Of a stretch of 64,000 nt of DNA, positions 47,568 to 59,900 are shown piece after piece (position 1 is the stretch's first letter; every line of letters starts with the position of its first letter). The notes below the pieces were generated by a model. The model was not told the DNA's origin and did not search any database. It was given only the letters and a program-made list of their open reading frames with translations. This DNA comes from an uncultured virus (IMG/VR IMGVR_UViG_3300027413_000005) (Duplodnaviria > Heunggongvirae > Uroviricota > Caudoviricetes), in the IMG/VR virus record IMGVR_UViG_3300027413_000005, positions 1-64,000 of that record, one strand, 5' to 3'. The translations under genes were made by a program, and so were the position numbers.

Positions 47568-50500
47568 ATGAAAGCTCAAATTTTAAAAATAGCAGGCGTT
47601 AAGTCTGAAAAAGAATTCTATAAGAAGTTTCCTACGGAGGAGGCTTTCATGAAGAAATATGCAAAACAATTATCTAAACTTAAGAAAGCTGCAACAGGTG
47701 ATGTTCTAAATAACAACATTCAGCCAATGAATGGTACTGATCTTTTAGAAAGAAATAAGAAAAATGTTTTGTCTGGTTTGGGAGAATTTAAAGATAGAGC
47801 ATTTGAACTTGGAGTAGATTCTATGCTTACTCAAGATGAGTTAGAAGAATATGAGTACAAAGCAAAGATAGATGCATTATATAGTCAACAACAAGAAAAG
47901 AAAGGCGGTGGATTAATGTCTATGCTTACACCAGAAAATATGGAAAAAGCTAAAGGGCTTTTGGGTGGTTTATCTAAAGGAGGTGGTAATGGTGGTGGAA
48001 CTGTTGAGGTTGGAGAATTAGAGATGTTGAAAAAAGGTGGTAAAGTAAAGGGGTCAGAAAAAGATATGTTTGAGCCACATATGATGTATGATCCAAAAAC
48101 TAAAAAAGGTAAGAAAGCTATGACTTACAAAGAGCACTTAGCTCTTAAGAAAAAAGGATGGGGACATGAAGCACCTAAAGCTATGGGAGGTTTTAGTGGT
48201 GGAGGCGGTTCAACTGCTACACCTTCTTGGGGACAAGATATAGATATACCAGAAGGGGCTACTAGACAAGGTAGGTATAACTCTGATGGTTCAGCTGCAC
48301 CTTCAGTTGGAAGTCAGGTTCTTACACAAATTGAGGGTACTCCTATAATTGGTGACATTGCTATGGGTATAGGTAAGATACAGGGACAGAAAGATGCTTT
48401 AAAAGATCTTAAACAAATGAAGGAAGTCACTGGTATACAGTACCAAGCTGCCATGACTAAGCCAGAAGAAGTAGAAAGAGAGTACGTCCGTCCTGAAGAT
48501 GTTCAGAATACAGGAGAAGAATTCTTTCCAATATATGGAGTAGGTACAAATGTACTTGCAAAAAATGGTGCAACCTTATTTAATAATCCAGACTATACTC
48601 CTTTAATTAATGTAAATAAAGCAAAGTCATTTATGAATGGCGGCTATTTACCTAAGGCTATGGGAGGCTTTAGTGGTGGTTCTGGAGGTTCTGGTGGCGG
48701 AGGAATGACTTCTGGTGGATATGATCAAATTGGTAATATAGCTGGAAACATGGCCTACGGAGACAAAGCTGAAAGAGATGCAGGAAGTAACATAGGTGGA
48801 GGAGTTGGAAGAGGTATAGGTATGTTGGTTGGAGGACCAGCAGGAGGAGCTATTGGTGAATTTATTGGTAGTGGTATTGGAGATCTAGTTGATAGAAATG
48901 ATAGAAGACAACAACTGGAAAGGGATCAAATAGATCGAAATATATCAATGATGACTAACATGAAAATAGGACCTCAAATCCATTCAGGGTATGCATCACA
49001 CATGAAAGAAGGTGGAAGAGTGCCTGGACCTCAAGTAGTAAAATATATGGGAGGTAACTCTGTAAGTAAATTATTTAAACCGGATCCTAAAATGAACACT
49101 CTTAAAGAAGGTGGTTCTGTAGCTGCTAATGGAGATATTAAAACTCTATGGGGAGGTGAGGCTAATGCAGTTTCATATAATCCGTATGCTGGAGGTCAGA
49201 GTATATCATTTACTGGTAACTCTCACGATACTAAAGATGCTAAAACTGGTAAAACAGGAATAGGTGTTGCTTACGGACCACAATCTGTTGCTAATAATGA
49301 AGCAGTAGTAGAGGTAGAAAATGAACCAGCTCAAATTATGAAGGATGGTGGAAACCAAGAAAGCTTAGTAGTCTTCGGAGATTTAAAAATACCAAAAGGG
49401 TATGCACAAGAAATAGGTGATAAAAATGCTGGAGGTCAAAAGTTTAAAAAATATGTTGATAATCTTAATTCTGAAGAATCAAAAATAAATAAACAAATGG
49501 GGACTGCTGTAGACGCTGCTGCTGACATTGATAATACTAAGTGGGGAGAATTATTAAGATCCACATCTGATGTTATTGTAAATGGAGGTGACATGAAGCT
49601 AAAAGATATCGCAAATAAAAAAAGAGTATTAGCTGATATTCAAAGTGCATTAAATGATACCTTTGAAGAAAATAATATAGACGGTAATCAGTTTATAAGC
49701 AAAGGAGTACTTAAAGATGTTAAAGACACAGAGAACTATGCTAAGAATGGTAAGAAAGAAACCTACACTGAATATGCAGAAGATGGTAGAAAGATACCTA
49801 AAGCTCAAAAAGGTCTTACTTTAAATGAGTTACCTTTTAAATCAGCTGAAGAAGCAATCGCTGCTGGTTATACTTTAGACGAAGATAAAAACTCAGAAAA
49901 CTTTGGTAAATATTATATAGAGGAGGAGTCATCAGATACGGAGACAAACACTGAAGTTGATTTTATAAAAGATATTCCTGAAGATCAAAAGTTTGGAGGT
50001 TCCGATATAGGAAAAATGGTTAATAAAAAAATAACTGCTGAACAATATAATGATTGGAAAAAAGATAACAAATGGTTTTTTGATAAGAACCCTGATTGGA
50101 AAGCTGACACAAAAGAAGATGTAATGTTATTCCAAAGAGAATTTAATAAGATAAATCCTAATAGTATAAAGGTTGATGGATTATTTGGTGATCAAACAAT
50201 ATCAGCTAGATTTAAAAGTGAAGATAGTGAGACACCTAAAACAGAAAGAAGGTACAGAGATGTTGCTGTGGCGGAAGAAGAAGAAGAAGTTGTAACAACA
50301 GAAGAAACTACTACTGTTAAATCTAAAATACCGTTTGATGTAAATATGCTTAGACCTTTGTTTTCTGAAGAATTAGAAAATAATCTAGACTACAATCAGA
50401 TTATACCTGAGTTAAATGCAGCTGCAAACAATCAACTTGAACCTGTATATGCACAGACATTTGATCCTAGGCTAAGAGTACCTTATGACATAAGCTTACA

Positions 50501-51143
50501 AGATCAAATGAATGAAGTTACTGCAGCTTATAGAGCAGCAAGTCAAAATCCTGCAGCAATGAATAATCCAGCACTGCAAGCTTCTATGGCTGCACCTATG
50601 TATTCTGCAATTAATCAAACTAAAGGAGAAGAGTTTAGACAGAACCAAGCTATGAAAGATACTGTATACAGTGGAAACATTGAAGCGATCAATCAGGCCA
50701 AAAAAATGAATCTGGGCATTTATGACCAACAGCAACAAAGACAAGCTCAAGCCCTATCTAATACTAAAGCAACACAGCAAGAAATTGTTAAATCTATATC
50801 TGATAAGTATCAAGCAAACAAACAACTTAATCAGAGACAAAAGGTTCTAAGTGAATTATACAACCAATTTGGATATACTAAAAACTTAGACATTGTAAAC
50901 GATGGACCTCCTGCTGTATTTAATATACCAGGCATGGGACCTACAGGACAAGTTGGTACTGGTAATAAATATATGGATATGTTTAATATATTAACTGGTG
51001 GAGGATTTAATCCTAATGCTAATCAACAAACCACCACTGACACTACTACCGTAGCTGAATACGGTGCTAAATTAAAACCAATAAAAACAGTAAAAAGAAA
51101 TCAGAAAAATAGCAATGTTGTACGAGCGTACAAAAAACTATAA
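47568..51143 (+). CDS. Cargo/ejection protein with a glycine zipper and a peptidoglycan-binding-like motif
   Basis: GGGVGRGIGMLVGGPAGGAIGEFIGSGIG; DVMLFQREFN...VDGLFGDQT; GNSH...VEVE domain. Confidence 0.7.
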   Translation: MKAQILKIAGVKSEKEFYKKFPTEEAFMKKYAKQLSKLKKAATGDVLNNNIQPMNGTDLLERNKKNVLSGLGEFKDRAFELGVDSMLTQDELEEYEYKAKIDALYSQQQEKKGGGLMSMLTPENMEKAKGLLGGLSKGGGNGGGTVEVGELEMLKKGGKVKGSEKDMFEPHMMYDPKTKKGKKAMTYKEHLALKKKGWGHEAPKAMGGFSGGGGSTATPSWGQDIDIPEGATRQGRYNSDGSAAPSVGSQVLTQIEGTPIIGDIAMGIGKIQGQKDALKDLKQMKEVTGIQYQAAMTKPEEVEREYVRPEDVQNTGEEFFPIYGVGTNVLAKNGATLFNNPDYTPLINVNKAKSFMNGGYLPKAMGGFSGGSGGSGGGGMTSGGYDQIGNIAGNMAYGDKAERDAGSNIGGGVGRGIGMLVGGPAGGAIGEFIGSGIGDLVDRNDRRQQLERDQIDRNISMMTNMKIGPQIHSGYASHMKEGGRVPGPQVVKYMGGNSVSKLFKPDPKMNTLKEGGSVAANGDIKTLWGGEANAVSYNPYAGGQSISFTGNSHDTKDAKTGKTGIGVAYGPQSVANNEAVVEVENEPAQIMKDGGNQESLVVFGDLKIPKGYAQEIGDKNAGGQKFKKYVDNLNSEESKINKQMGTAVDAAADIDNTKWGELLRSTSDVIVNGGDMKLKDIANKKRVLADIQSALNDTFEENNIDGNQFISKGVLKDVKDTENYAKNGKKETYTEYAEDGRKIPKAQKGLTLNELPFKSAEEAIAAGYTLDEDKNSENFGKYYIEEESSDTETNTEVDFIKDIPEDQKFGGSDIGKMVNKKITAEQYNDWKKDNKWFFDKNPDWKADTKEDVMLFQREFNKINPNSIKVDGLFGDQTISARFKSEDSETPKTERRYRDVAVAEEEEEVVTTEETTTVKSKIPFDVNMLRPLFSEELENNLDYNQIIPELNAAANNQLEPVYAQTFDPRLRVPYDISLQDQMNEVTAAYRAASQNPAAMNNPALQASMAAPMYSAINQTKGEEFRQNQAMKDTVYSGNIEAINQAKKMNLGIYDQQQQRQAQALSNTKATQQEIVKSISDKYQANKQLNQRQKVLSELYNQFGYTKNLDIVNDGPPAVFNIPGMGPTGQVGTGNKYMDMFNILTGGGFNPNANQQTTTDTTTVAEYGAKLKPIKTVKRNQKNSNVVRAYKKL

Positions 51144-51216
51144 CGAACCTGGTGATAAAGAATTACTAGAATAGGTTATCCTATTTTGGAAAGTTCTATA
51201 AATAATAATACATTTG
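51139..51216 (+). promoter_or_regulatory. Promoter with an upstream operator copy, driving the cargo/vRNAP genes
   Basis: TATAAC-N7-GTGATA (51139-51157); TTTG (51185) - 20 nt - TACATTTG (51209-51216). Confidence 0.75.
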
Positions 51217-51223
51217 TTAAATT

Positions 51224-53920
51224 ATGGCATCATACTTAGATAACATACCTACCTTCAATGAATATAGAGAGCAACTTCCTGTGGAGGATATGCTTAAGGT
51301 TGGTCTGTTCAAACAACAACGTTATGAAGAGGGCGTACAGAAAATTCAAAAAAGCATAGATAATATTGCTGGACTGGATGTAGTAAGAGACGTAGATAAA
51401 AAGTATCTACAATCCAAACTAAACTCTCTTGGAGGACAATTACAAAGTGTAGCAGCTTCGGATTTTTCAAACTTTCAACTTGTTAATACTGTAGACGGTA
51501 TGACAAACCAATTAGTTAAAGATCCTAACATACTAAATGCTGTAGGGTCCGCAGCTAAATATAGAAAGCAACTAGAGAATCAAGAAAAGATTAACCTAGA
51601 TGGCAAAGGTTCAGAATCAAATGACTGGAACTTTAATAAGAGTGTACAACAATGGTATGAGGGAGGCATAGATGCTTCTTTTAATACACAGTTTAAACCT
51701 TATGTTAATTTCAATGAACAAGCTATGAAAATAGTTAAAGCTCTTGCTTCTGATAGCATTGAGGGAGATGTTTACATGGAGAAAGATAAGAATGGAAGAA
51801 CAGTAATATACAATGTACTTACAAGAGAAAAAGTAGAAGGCATATCTGCTGATAAAATACAAACTGCATTAATGGCTGGACTTACTCCAGATGCATTTAA
51901 TCAAATGAACATTGATGGACAATACCAATATTCAAATGTTTCTGATGATCAATTTGTAAATGATATTAATGAAAGTTATTCTAATACTTTTAATGCACTT
52001 TTAAAAGAAAGAAATTCTTTAGAAAGCATAATGAACGATGCATCTACTGCTTCAGAAAAGATTAGAATTCAAAATCAGATAGACCAATTAGATTCTCAAA
52101 CAAATCTTTTAAAGAATGAGTATGAAAATGTATCAGGTTCATTTACTGAAGGAGATGTAGAGAGTTCAAAAGCTAGGCTATATTCTACTAACTGGATGAG
52201 AGATTTTTCTAATTCTATGTCAAGTAAAAATGTTTCGCAAACTGTTCATAGTAATCCAGCAAGAGCAGATCAGTTAAAGGTACTACAAATGCAACAGGAT
52301 GCTGCTCAGTTTAATGCTAAATATTTACAGACTGAAAAAAATAATAAAATCAGAAATGCAATAGAAGAACGAAAAGCAGAAGTATTAGAAAAAGCAAATC
52401 AAGAAGGTTACGGTGGTGTTCCAATGCCAGGTGGAGAAGAAGAAGATGATGTGGATGTTGTGGCTTACGCAGAACTTGATAAAGATAACAGTGAAGCTTT
52501 ACGTGATCAGTACAAAGAAAAATACATGAAGACTCATGGAAAAAGTAAAGAGGAACTTGAAGACCTGTTGGCTAATTTCAAAAAAAGTCAAGGATCTGCT
52601 GTAGCCTCTGATCTTCATTCAGCACTTTCTGAAATAGTTAAGTTAGAGGAAGATTATACTCGTAAGGATGAAGTTATTACTAAGCTTCGTAAAGAGTCTT
52701 TATTACTATTTCCTACTCCTGTAGAGCTTGAAAGATTAAATAAAACAATTACAGTAAATTTTGATGATACATCAAATGGTCAAGTAATACCTAGTACTCT
52801 TTCTATAGATTATAACTCAATGGATGTCATGTTTGAGAAGTTTCAAAAATATGTATATTCTGACACAGATGGTGATGACATGCCTTTACCAGATAGTATA
52901 AATCAAAGAAGTATTGATAGAGCTCAAAGTGAATTAAGTGGTGAGGAATTAGCAGTGTTCAATCAAATTTTTGTTCCTGGATACGACAGAGGAGCTCTTT
53001 ATGGAGTTAGCAGCAGTAGTGGTTCAGACGTATATGATGACTGGGCTAATTCACGTAAACCAAGAGCAGCTATGAAAGATAATCTTGATGAAGATAGAAA
53101 CAAATATCTGGCTGATGAACTTAGACTTACTAGCATAGTTCCTCAATCAGTATCTTATAACATTCCACTAGAAGATAGTAAACAACAAAGAATTTTTGCA
53201 GGTACACTAGAAGGTTTAGCAAATGAGATTCAGAGTTTAGATGAAGACAAGGCTGAAAACATAAGAAGGATTAGCAGTAAGCTTGTAAGTTCAAATATTA
53301 TAACTAAAGGAATTGGAGATAACTATAGAGTAACTATAACTGGTTCTACTGGATCTGGGAATTCTGTTGAAACTGAAACTATAGATATGACACCTGAGTT
53401 GTATTCAACTGTGTTTGGTGAGACATATGAACCCAGTCCTTCTATTGAATATTTTAATAATAACTATCTTCCTTCTATGTTAGATACAAGACCAGACCTA
53501 GAAGAAGTTACAATTATTAATAGTGCAGGTAATAATGAAACTATTTATACAAGACCAGAACAAGACTTTTGGTCTACTTCTACAAACATGTCATACAATA
53601 CTACACCGGCTACTGCTGGATTAAAAGGTAGAAGAGATTTTCCTAATACAATATACTTTGGAGTTACTGGAGATTTGGTAACTAAGAGAAATCCTAAAGA
53701 CCCTAATAGTGTTTATTATTTAAAATTAAATATAACCAATCCTATAACTGGGGAGGTGACTTCAAACATTACACTTGATGTACCTTTTGTAAAAGAGAAA
53801 GTAGCAACAACATTACAAAAAATAAGCGATTCAGATATATATGAAATACTAAATGGTAGAGGTGCTACTATGACAGACGAATATATTGCTAATCTCAAAA
53901 AGGCTGCTGAAAGCAACTAA
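51224..53920 (+). CDS. Helical cargo/ejection protein
   Basis: 898 aa, coiled-coil-rich; directly precedes the vRNAP gene. Confidence 0.7.
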   Translation: MASYLDNIPTFNEYREQLPVEDMLKVGLFKQQRYEEGVQKIQKSIDNIAGLDVVRDVDKKYLQSKLNSLGGQLQSVAASDFSNFQLVNTVDGMTNQLVKDPNILNAVGSAAKYRKQLENQEKINLDGKGSESNDWNFNKSVQQWYEGGIDASFNTQFKPYVNFNEQAMKIVKALASDSIEGDVYMEKDKNGRTVIYNVLTREKVEGISADKIQTALMAGLTPDAFNQMNIDGQYQYSNVSDDQFVNDINESYSNTFNALLKERNSLESIMNDASTASEKIRIQNQIDQLDSQTNLLKNEYENVSGSFTEGDVESSKARLYSTNWMRDFSNSMSSKNVSQTVHSNPARADQLKVLQMQQDAAQFNAKYLQTEKNNKIRNAIEERKAEVLEKANQEGYGGVPMPGGEEEDDVDVVAYAELDKDNSEALRDQYKEKYMKTHGKSKEELEDLLANFKKSQGSAVASDLHSALSEIVKLEEDYTRKDEVITKLRKESLLLFPTPVELERLNKTITVNFDDTSNGQVIPSTLSIDYNSMDVMFEKFQKYVYSDTDGDDMPLPDSINQRSIDRAQSELSGEELAVFNQIFVPGYDRGALYGVSSSSGSDVYDDWANSRKPRAAMKDNLDEDRNKYLADELRLTSIVPQSVSYNIPLEDSKQQRIFAGTLEGLANEIQSLDEDKAENIRRISSKLVSSNIITKGIGDNYRVTITGSTGSGNSVETETIDMTPELYSTVFGETYEPSPSIEYFNNNYLPSMLDTRPDLEEVTIINSAGNNETIYTRPEQDFWSTSTNMSYNTTPATAGLKGRRDFPNTIYFGVTGDLVTKRNPKDPNSVYYLKLNITNPITGEVTSNITLDVPFVKEKVATTLQKISDSDIYEILNGRGATMTDEYIANLKKAAESN

Positions 53921-53930
53921 CAAAAACAAC

Positions 53931-56900
53931 ATGGCAAAAGATATAAAAAAAGCACAGACAGGTATAAACATACCTCCTATGGCAAATGTTCCTAGTCCTA
54001 CTAGTTCAAACCAATCTTTTATGCAAGAAAGATTTGGTGGATATAGAGAACCAGGAAATCCAAGACCCATGCCTAATATATCTACACGTCCCAACTTAGG
54101 GGTTGTTAAACCTAATAACGGTAATCAACCAAGTGGACTAGACTTGCTTTTAAGAGATGCTAGCACAAGAGGTGACCGAGGTAAGGGAGATAGGATAACT
54201 ACTGCAGATGAATATGAAGGAGCCGATAGATACGATTATTTTCAACCTTCGTCAATGGGAGTTGACAATGAAGACATGGCTGGACAATATCAATCTTTGG
54301 GCAGTAAAGCTGTAAACGGTGTAACTAAAGGACTTATTCTTGCAGGTACAACATTTATACAAGGTACAGCAGGACTTGTTAATGGCGTGTATCAAGCAAT
54401 AAATGATGGTAAGTTTTCGTCTTTCTATGATAATGAATTTAATAGAGGGTTAGATGGAATTAACAAGTGGTCTGAAGATGCTATGCCAAACTACTATACA
54501 GCAGCAGAAAGAGATGCTAATTTTTATTCTCCTAAATATTGGGCTACAGGAAATTTTGTATTTGATGGTGTAATTAAGAATCTTGGATTTGCAGCTGGTG
54601 CTTATTTAACAGGTGGTGCATACACTAATGTATTAAAAGCACTTCCAGGAACCTCTAGATTATTTTCTATGGGTAAGGCAGCAGAAACTTTAGCTGCTAC
54701 AGAAAAAGGATTAAGTGCAGCAAATAAAGGAGCTGGTGTATATGGTGAAATAAAAGCTTTATCAGATAGTTTCTTAGCACAATATAATTTACTTAACCCA
54801 GCAGGAAGAGCTGTGGTAGCAGGATTATCAACAACTGGTGAAGCAGGTATTGAGGCGCTACATAACAGTAATGAGTTTAGACAAGAACTTATAGATGAAT
54901 TTAAAAAAGAGTATGGTGTAGTTCCTGGTGCTGAACAAATGGATAATATTAATGCAGCTGTAGAAGGAGCAGGTAACGCTTCTTTTTATGCTAATGTAGG
55001 AATACTAACTGCAAGTAATTATGTTATCTTTCCACGTATTGCACGTTCTAGTTTTAAAGCAGATAAACGAGCAATCAATGGTCTTGTAAGAGAGATAGAT
55101 GATATTGCATATGAGGGAGGAAAGTATGCAGCAAAGACATCTAAGTTACATCCTATACTACGTACTCTAAACAATATTAGACCTTACACATTTACTGTCT
55201 CAGAAGGACTAGAGGAAGTTTCACAGTATGGAAGTAGTGTAGGAACACAAGATTATTACAATAAGCAATATAATAACGAAGCAACTAGTTGGTTAACATC
55301 TATAGGTGTAGGTTTAACTAAAGGTGTCTTTAGTGATGAGGGTGCAAAGAATGCATTGATTGGTGGATTGTCTGGTGGTATAATGACTGGACGAGGTAGG
55401 TATAGAAGAAATCAACAAAGAGCAGCAGATACAGCAGAGGCTATAGAGCTACTAAATGATTTTCAACTCTCTGACTTTACAAAAGAAAGTATATATTCTA
55501 ACAATAGAGCTGGTGTTTTAGGAGAAGAGCTTGAACAAGCTGCTGAACGTGGAGACATGTTGTCTTATAAAAACCTAGAAAGTCAATACATAATCAACTA
55601 CCTTACTCCTAGAATAAAATATGGTAGATTAGACTTAGTTATGCAAGACATAGCAGATATGAAAAAGCTGTCTTCTACTGAACAAGGATTTGCTCAACTG
55701 GTTGCAGAAGGAAAAGTTCAAGAAGGAGAAACAAAAGAAACTTTTATTGCACGTCTAGAAAACTTTAAACAAACAGCTAATGACGTAAATAGTCTATACC
55801 AATCTTTAGAGCTTAGGTATGGAGGAATTACTGAAGAAGGTGTTGATGGAAAAAGATATCGTACGTACGGACCAGCTGTAATAAATAAAATGATATACGC
55901 AGCTTCTACAGTTGCAGATACAGACAGTCGCATACCTCAACTATCAGCAGAGTTACAAGCTGCAATTCCCACTTTAAATATACAAGAGATATTACAAGAT
56001 CTAATAAGTGGAGAGGTTGAAAGCTTTAATAATGCTGTTAATCAAATACAAAACTTAGATATACTTTCTGATAAAAAAGATGTATTAGGAGAAAAGTTAA
56101 ACGACGTAGCTGCTCTAGCTAAGATTAGAGAACTAATGCTACAAGAGTATGAGCTTATAAAAACTAATCCTAAAAACTTTCAAGAGAAGCCATTACGTCA
56201 ACAAGATAGTGTTAAAACATACGAGGAAATATTAGAAGATGATGCCAATACTTTTGTAATTAAAGCTAAGAATGGAGAACAGTCATTACAAATAGGACAA
56301 GAGTATTTTGTAGGACAAGGTGTAAACTTTGAAGGGGAAACACCTCTTGATGAACCAGTAGTAATAAGTAGTTTTGTTCCAGTAGGACAGAATGAAGATG
56401 GAACTATTCAGATCAAAGATCAGTCTGGCCAGGTAAGGGATATATCACCAGATGTTTTATTAGATTATAATGTAGGTAGAAAATCTACATTAGTTAATAA
56501 CAAGACAGCTAACTTCTATTACAGGCATAGGGATAAAGTATTTGAATTTAACTTTGGTAAAAACTTTGGAGGTAAAAGAAAAGGAAGACTTATGTATGAT
56601 AATGGGAAACTGTTTTTTGTATATAAAGATTCTAATGGTACTATTCTTAAAAAAGAATTAGCTAATAAGTTTTTTGCACCACAACCTGGATTTGATCAAG
56701 CAAGAATTACTCCAGTAGGAAAAGTTACTGCTGAACAACAAGATGCTGCAAATCAGTTTCTTAGTCCAGAGGAGTTAGCAAAGAATGAACAAACTCTTCA
56801 GTCAAATAGAGAGAATAGGCTTAAGATAATGAATGACTTAGGCGTAGAGTCTAAGAGAAGATTAGAGGAGATAAATAAACAGTTAGAGAAGGATAGAAAG

Positions 56901-59900
56901 AAACTAGCTATCATTAAGAAAGATCTTGAGTCTATCTATACAATGAAAGAGGGAGGTTCTAGAATAAAACTAACATATTCTAAGGCACAAAAGAATTTTA
57001 CTAGAGCTATAAATAACTATACTGCTATGCAACAGGATACGCAAGATCGTATCACAGAGTTAGAAAGAGAGCAAGAAGAGCTTGATTTAAACACTTCATA
57101 CTTTGAAGCATTTGAAGTAGATCTATTAGACCTACCAGGAAACACTAAAGAGTTTTTAAAAGAATTAAAAGATCAACTATCTTTACTAGAACAAAATGGT
57201 AAAGCTGTAAACAACGAAATAAAAGCTAATAACAAATTACTAGACTCTATAAAGAAAGCTACTAAGAAGGCAGCTAAGTTACTTAAGAGTGCTTTAGAAA
57301 CTACATATGTATATGATGAAGATTATGGTGATTATTTAAAAGATCTTTTAGAAAAGTCTGTGACTGGAGAAGACTTATTAAATACATGGCCTTTATTAAA
57401 ACAAGAACTAGCTAACTTTAATCTTACTAACGACATACAAAAAGAAACTAATGTTTCTGAGAGAGATGTGTTTGATGCATTAGAAAGTCGTAAAGAATTA
57501 GAAGCTACATTAGAGAGTCTAAGAAAAGAGTATGTAGCTAAGAAAGTTATTGTAGATAGATTCCAAAGAGTAATGGATGAGTATGTTGTAGAAAAACAAA
57601 ATCAAGATAAGATTGCTAATAATACTAAGTTGCTAGCAGACTTACAACAAACTGCAAATACTGGTCCTGTAACAGATGCAGAACCAAAATCATTTGATCC
57701 TATTTCTAAAAAGTCTAATGACGTAATACCAAGAGCTAGTGTAGGTGAACCTACAGGCCCAATACAGGATCATCAAGTTAGAGCTAATACATTTGGAGTA
57801 AACTTAAATAAGTTTGCGAATAGAAAGAATATTCGTGCTATATATTTAACACTTAAGACCCAAGACCAAAAATTAGATGGGGTTGTACAAAGAATACTTG
57901 ATAATGGTAGTCCAGAACTTATGGAAAAGTTTGGAGATTCTATTATTGTTATGGTGATGATAGATACAGCTGGTAACTTAGTAGGAGTTGATGGTCAACC
58001 TATACCTAACACTAAGAATCAACTAGACAATGCTATCTATCAAACTATACCTGAATCATCTCTTACAAACACTAAAGGTAGTTTGTTTAGAGTAGAGGAT
58101 AGCGAAACAGCTGCAATTAAAAAACAGTTTGGTGTCTTTAGAAAAGGTATTCTAGACAGGAATATGGTAGGTGTACCATTTAATATAGAAGCATCTTTTG
58201 GTATACCTCAATATGAACAAGACTCTAATGGAAATAATGTCTTAGGAACTACATCTGTAGTAGAAGCAGACTTAATTAGTGAAACGGATTTATCTAAAAC
58301 TAATGTAATATTTATTCCTACGACTAACAAGAATATATTTAAAGGTACAGTTACGTACTCTCAACCTTTTGGTAGTGTATTTTTAGATCTACCTAATGGA
58401 TATGTTAAGTTAAGAAATAGAAAACATACTACACAAGAAGCAGAAGCTATATATGATTCTTTACATGCACTCTCTAAAGAGATAGTAGATTTAGATAAAG
58501 GAGCAACTAGTGATACATCAGTTCGATTATTTAACTTTTTAAAAGGTGTAACTTATTGGGGAATTCCTGTAGACACTAATGGTAATAGAAAAGCAACAGG
58601 ACAAAATAGTGTGTTCTTTGAAAGAGAAATTGGTGAATCAATATCAGGAATAAATTTTACTAAGTTATCATTAAAAATGGGAGCATTTCCATCAGTGGAT
58701 TTTAACCCTGTTTCTATATCAAAGAATAAAGAATTTATTATTGAGACGTTGGGCCAGATGTATAATAACATCGATAACTCTAATCTAAAAAACATAGACC
58801 AGTCCTTTGAGCAAATAACAAAAATAAATGAGAACGGTACAATAGAATCAATAACGTGGCCTAATTACCAAACCTATCTATTATCTAAAAACATACCAGG
58901 AGGAGGTACAAGACAAGATTTTCAACTTCCTTTACATACTACAATGAAACCTGTGGTAGAAGGTAGTGATGAGGTTAACAGAAGGGGTGTATATTTTGTA
59001 AATGAAGATAGTGCTGAAGATTTTATATCCGAAGTGGTGCCACCAAAGTCAACAAGAATTCAAGTAATAAGTCCAAAAGGACCAGCTGCGCCAACACAAC
59101 AAACTAGTGAGGTTAGTTTAAATAAACAATCATCTTTAAGTACTATAGTTTCTTCATGGTTACAAACAGAGGAAGGTTCTTTAGACAACCAAACTGCAGA
59201 AGAATCAGCATCTAAGTTTGCTTTAATCTACAACAGAAAAAACCCTGTAACAGGTGAAGACAATAGATCAGTAGCTGAGATTATAGAAGGCAACAAAAGC
59301 TTAACACCTGGTCAAAGAAAAGATAACGCAGGTCAAGTAGGTACAGATCTATTTAACACAATTGCTCAAGGCATGAGTGTTAGAGAAACTATATTGAATG
59401 AAATTAAAAATCAAACTTTATCTTTAAAACCAACACCACAAACTAGTGAGGTTGAAGTTGTATTAGATAACAAACAAACTAATACCTTTACCAGTCCTAA
59501 AGGCAAAAAGATTTTGTTTAAAGCTTCTCCAAGTACTACTGCTCAAAACTATAAGGAAAAGGGACAGATTTCAGTTATGATGAATGATGACTTGAAACAA
59601 TTACTTGCAGAAAATCCTGATGCTGCAACACAAGAAAAAATAAAGAAAAGTATAAAGTATGAGATCTATAATTATATAGCACCTGAGTTAGCTAAATTAA
59701 AAGAACAGGATGCAGAGGATGAAATGCAAATGACTCCTGAGATGTTTGATCAGATCATGGCTGCAAGAAAACAAAAAGGTAAATCATCTCCAAGTAGTGA
59801 TGTGCTAAACGCTTTAAAGAATGGACGTAATAATCAGAACAATGAAGTTCTACGTGAGGTTGTTACTGAGTCTATAGAGGGAATGAGTGAGGAGAACTGG

